Both the position numbers and the translations under genes were made by a program. Shown one piece after another: positions 62,087 to 64,000 of a DNA stretch of 64,000 bases. Numbering within the stretch: position 1 is the stretch's first letter; every line of letters starts with the position of its first letter. Source of the stretch: Octopus vulgaris (lineage: Eukaryota); contig OX597842.1 in assembly GCA_951406725.2 (NCBI GenBank), forward strand, positions 2,728,001-2,792,000, read 5' to 3'. The notes below the pieces were generated by a model. The model was not told where the DNA came from. It was given only the letters and a program-made list of their open reading frames with translations, and ran no database searches.

Positions 62087-62295
62087 CAAAGAGAGAGAAA
62101 GAGAAAGAGAGAAGAGAGAGAGAGAGATACAAGAGAGAGATACAAAGAGAGAAAGAGAAAGACAGATGGATAGAGAGGGGGAGGAGAGCAGAAATGGGAG
62201 AGAGGAATAGAGAAAGGAGAGAAGAAATCAAAGGGAGAACAAGAGCAACAAAGAGAGAAAGAATGAAAGAAAGAAAGAAAGAGAGAGAGAGAGGA
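61085..62295. repeat. ~160-bp polypurine minisatellite, 7 units
   Basis: gacagatggatagagag anchor at ~61132, 61294, 61452, 61614, 61774, 61934 and 62161. Confidence 0.92.
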
Positions 62296-63087
62296 AAGAA
62301 AAAGACAGACAGAGACACGGAGCGAGACAGACAGACAGACAGAGAGAAAGAGACGATGGAGTGGGGGGGAGATGTAAAAAATGAGGTGAATTATATGGAA
62401 AGAAAGAAAATGTCTTCACATTAATCAAAGACACTGCCTAGCAGAAGTCATTCCTAAATAACATTCGCTTCCAATAAGCCAGTTCATTCCTCAGACGTCC
62501 CTTTGACGGCGGCAATTATTTAAACATTATCTGGGACACACACACACACACACACACCTTTATTTATTCATTTATTTATTTATTTATATAATTATTTATT
62601 TATTTGCTATTTGGTTGGTTTGTGGTTCTTTTCTTGCGGGTGGAGATGGGTTCCTGTTTTTTTACTTTTTTTCTGGTTTTGCATTTTTGGCGTGGGTGTT
62701 GGGGTTGGCCAACGCTAAGACAGATGGACGGGACGATGGGGCCTTGGTCTTGCTAAACTAATCATGGGAGAAAAAAAATGGGGTTTGACACAATTTAGGG
62801 GCCACAATTCAGCTGGTGTTTTGTAAAGTGTGGTGTGACATGATGGTAATGTGTGGTAGCGGTGGGGTGTGGTATTGTATGTGTGTGTATGTTGTTGTGC
62901 ATGCGTATGAGAGTGTGTATGTATATGTTGTTCATATGTGTATGTATGTATGTGTGTACATGTGTATGTGTGTGTACATGTGTATGTGTGTGTGTATGTA
63001 TGTACATGTCTGTATATTATGTGTATTGTTGTGTGTGTGGATGTATGTGTACGTGGGTGTTATATGTGCATGTGTATGTACATGTAG

Positions 63088-63131
<44 letters not shown>

Positions 63132-63594
63132 CAGCCAAGAAGGCCAACTGTCACCATTTTTTTGGTTTCCCTTGCTAAGGTCACATTTCCATTATACATA
63201 TATTATACATACCTACATATGCTAATGAGTCTCCATGTATTTGCATGTACATGTGTGTGATGGACGTGCATACATGTATATATGTGTGTGTGTATATATA
63301 TATATATATATACATACATACATATATACTTGTGTGATTGTGTTTGAGTGTGTCCATGTGTGTAGAATTGTATATAAATATATACTTAGATATATCTGTC
63401 TGTCTGTCACTGTCTATTCAATCTGTTTAATCAGCCAGTAGCTACACGATCATTCTGTCTGTTTGTCTCTATCTATCAGTCTGTCTATCTGTCTGTCTGT
63501 CAGTATGTCTGTCTGTCAGTATGTCTGTCTGTCTACCAGTCTGTCTATCTGTCTACTTAAAAATCATATCTATATGTGTGTGTATATATGTATA

Positions 63595-63985
63595 TACTCT
63601 TATACTCTTTTACCTGCTTCAGTCATTTGACTGTGGCCATGCTGGAGCACCGACTTTAGTCGAGCAAATCGACTCCAGGACTTATTCTTTAGAAGTCTAG
63701 TACTTATTCAATCAGTCTCTTTTGCCGAACTGCTAAGTTACAGGGACGTAAACACACTAGTATCGGTTGTCAAGTGATGTTGGGGGGGGGGGACAAACAC
63801 AGACACATAAACACACACTCATATATATATATATATATACACGATGGGCTTCTTTCAGTTTCTGTCTACCAAATCCACTCACAAGGCTTTGGTCTGCTCG
63901 AGGCTTTAGTAGAAGACACTTGCCCAAGGTGCCACACAGTGGGACTGAACCCAAAACCATGTAGTTGGTAAGCAAGCTACTTACA
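63595..63985 (-). mobile_element. SINE family A (A box truncated)
   Basis: Family A tail, body and most of the head. Confidence 0.92.
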
Positions 63986-64000
63986 ATATATATATATATA

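Noticed and set aside
61083-62424. E/R/K-rich coiled-coil-like ORF
   Set aside because: Product of a polypurine minisatellite; the frame shifts between units.

Overview
Repeat-saturated, AT-rich animal DNA with no convincing host protein-coding exon, so probably intronic or intergenic. The SINE/LINE repertoire and microsatellite load look like an Octopus (coleoid cephalopod) genome; this is recognition from memory, not a database result. Almost all long ORFs in the track are artefacts of simple repeats. Content: about 30 copies or fragments of a tRNA-derived SINE (family A), three other tRNA-derived SINE families (B, C and CORE-like D), RTE-clade LINE 3' ends, an R4/Dong-like LINE remnant inside (TAA)n, several mariner remnants, non-autonomous Helitrons, a TTAA-bounded MITE expanded into a ~160-bp satellite, palindromic MITEs, and many micro- and minisatellites. 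The most interesting layer is a set of small non-coding elements sitting in (TA)n tracts, Penelope- or retrozyme-like. They carry (i) minimal hammerhead-ribozyme cores, one with a compensatory U3-A8 pair, (ii) a multi-hairpin motif conserved by covariation in three divergent elements, and (iii) a young 847-bp unit with identical 184-bp direct repeats holding a pseudoknotted structure with hammerhead core nucleotides in a non-canonical order. All coordinates were read by eye and are approximate unless stated as exact.
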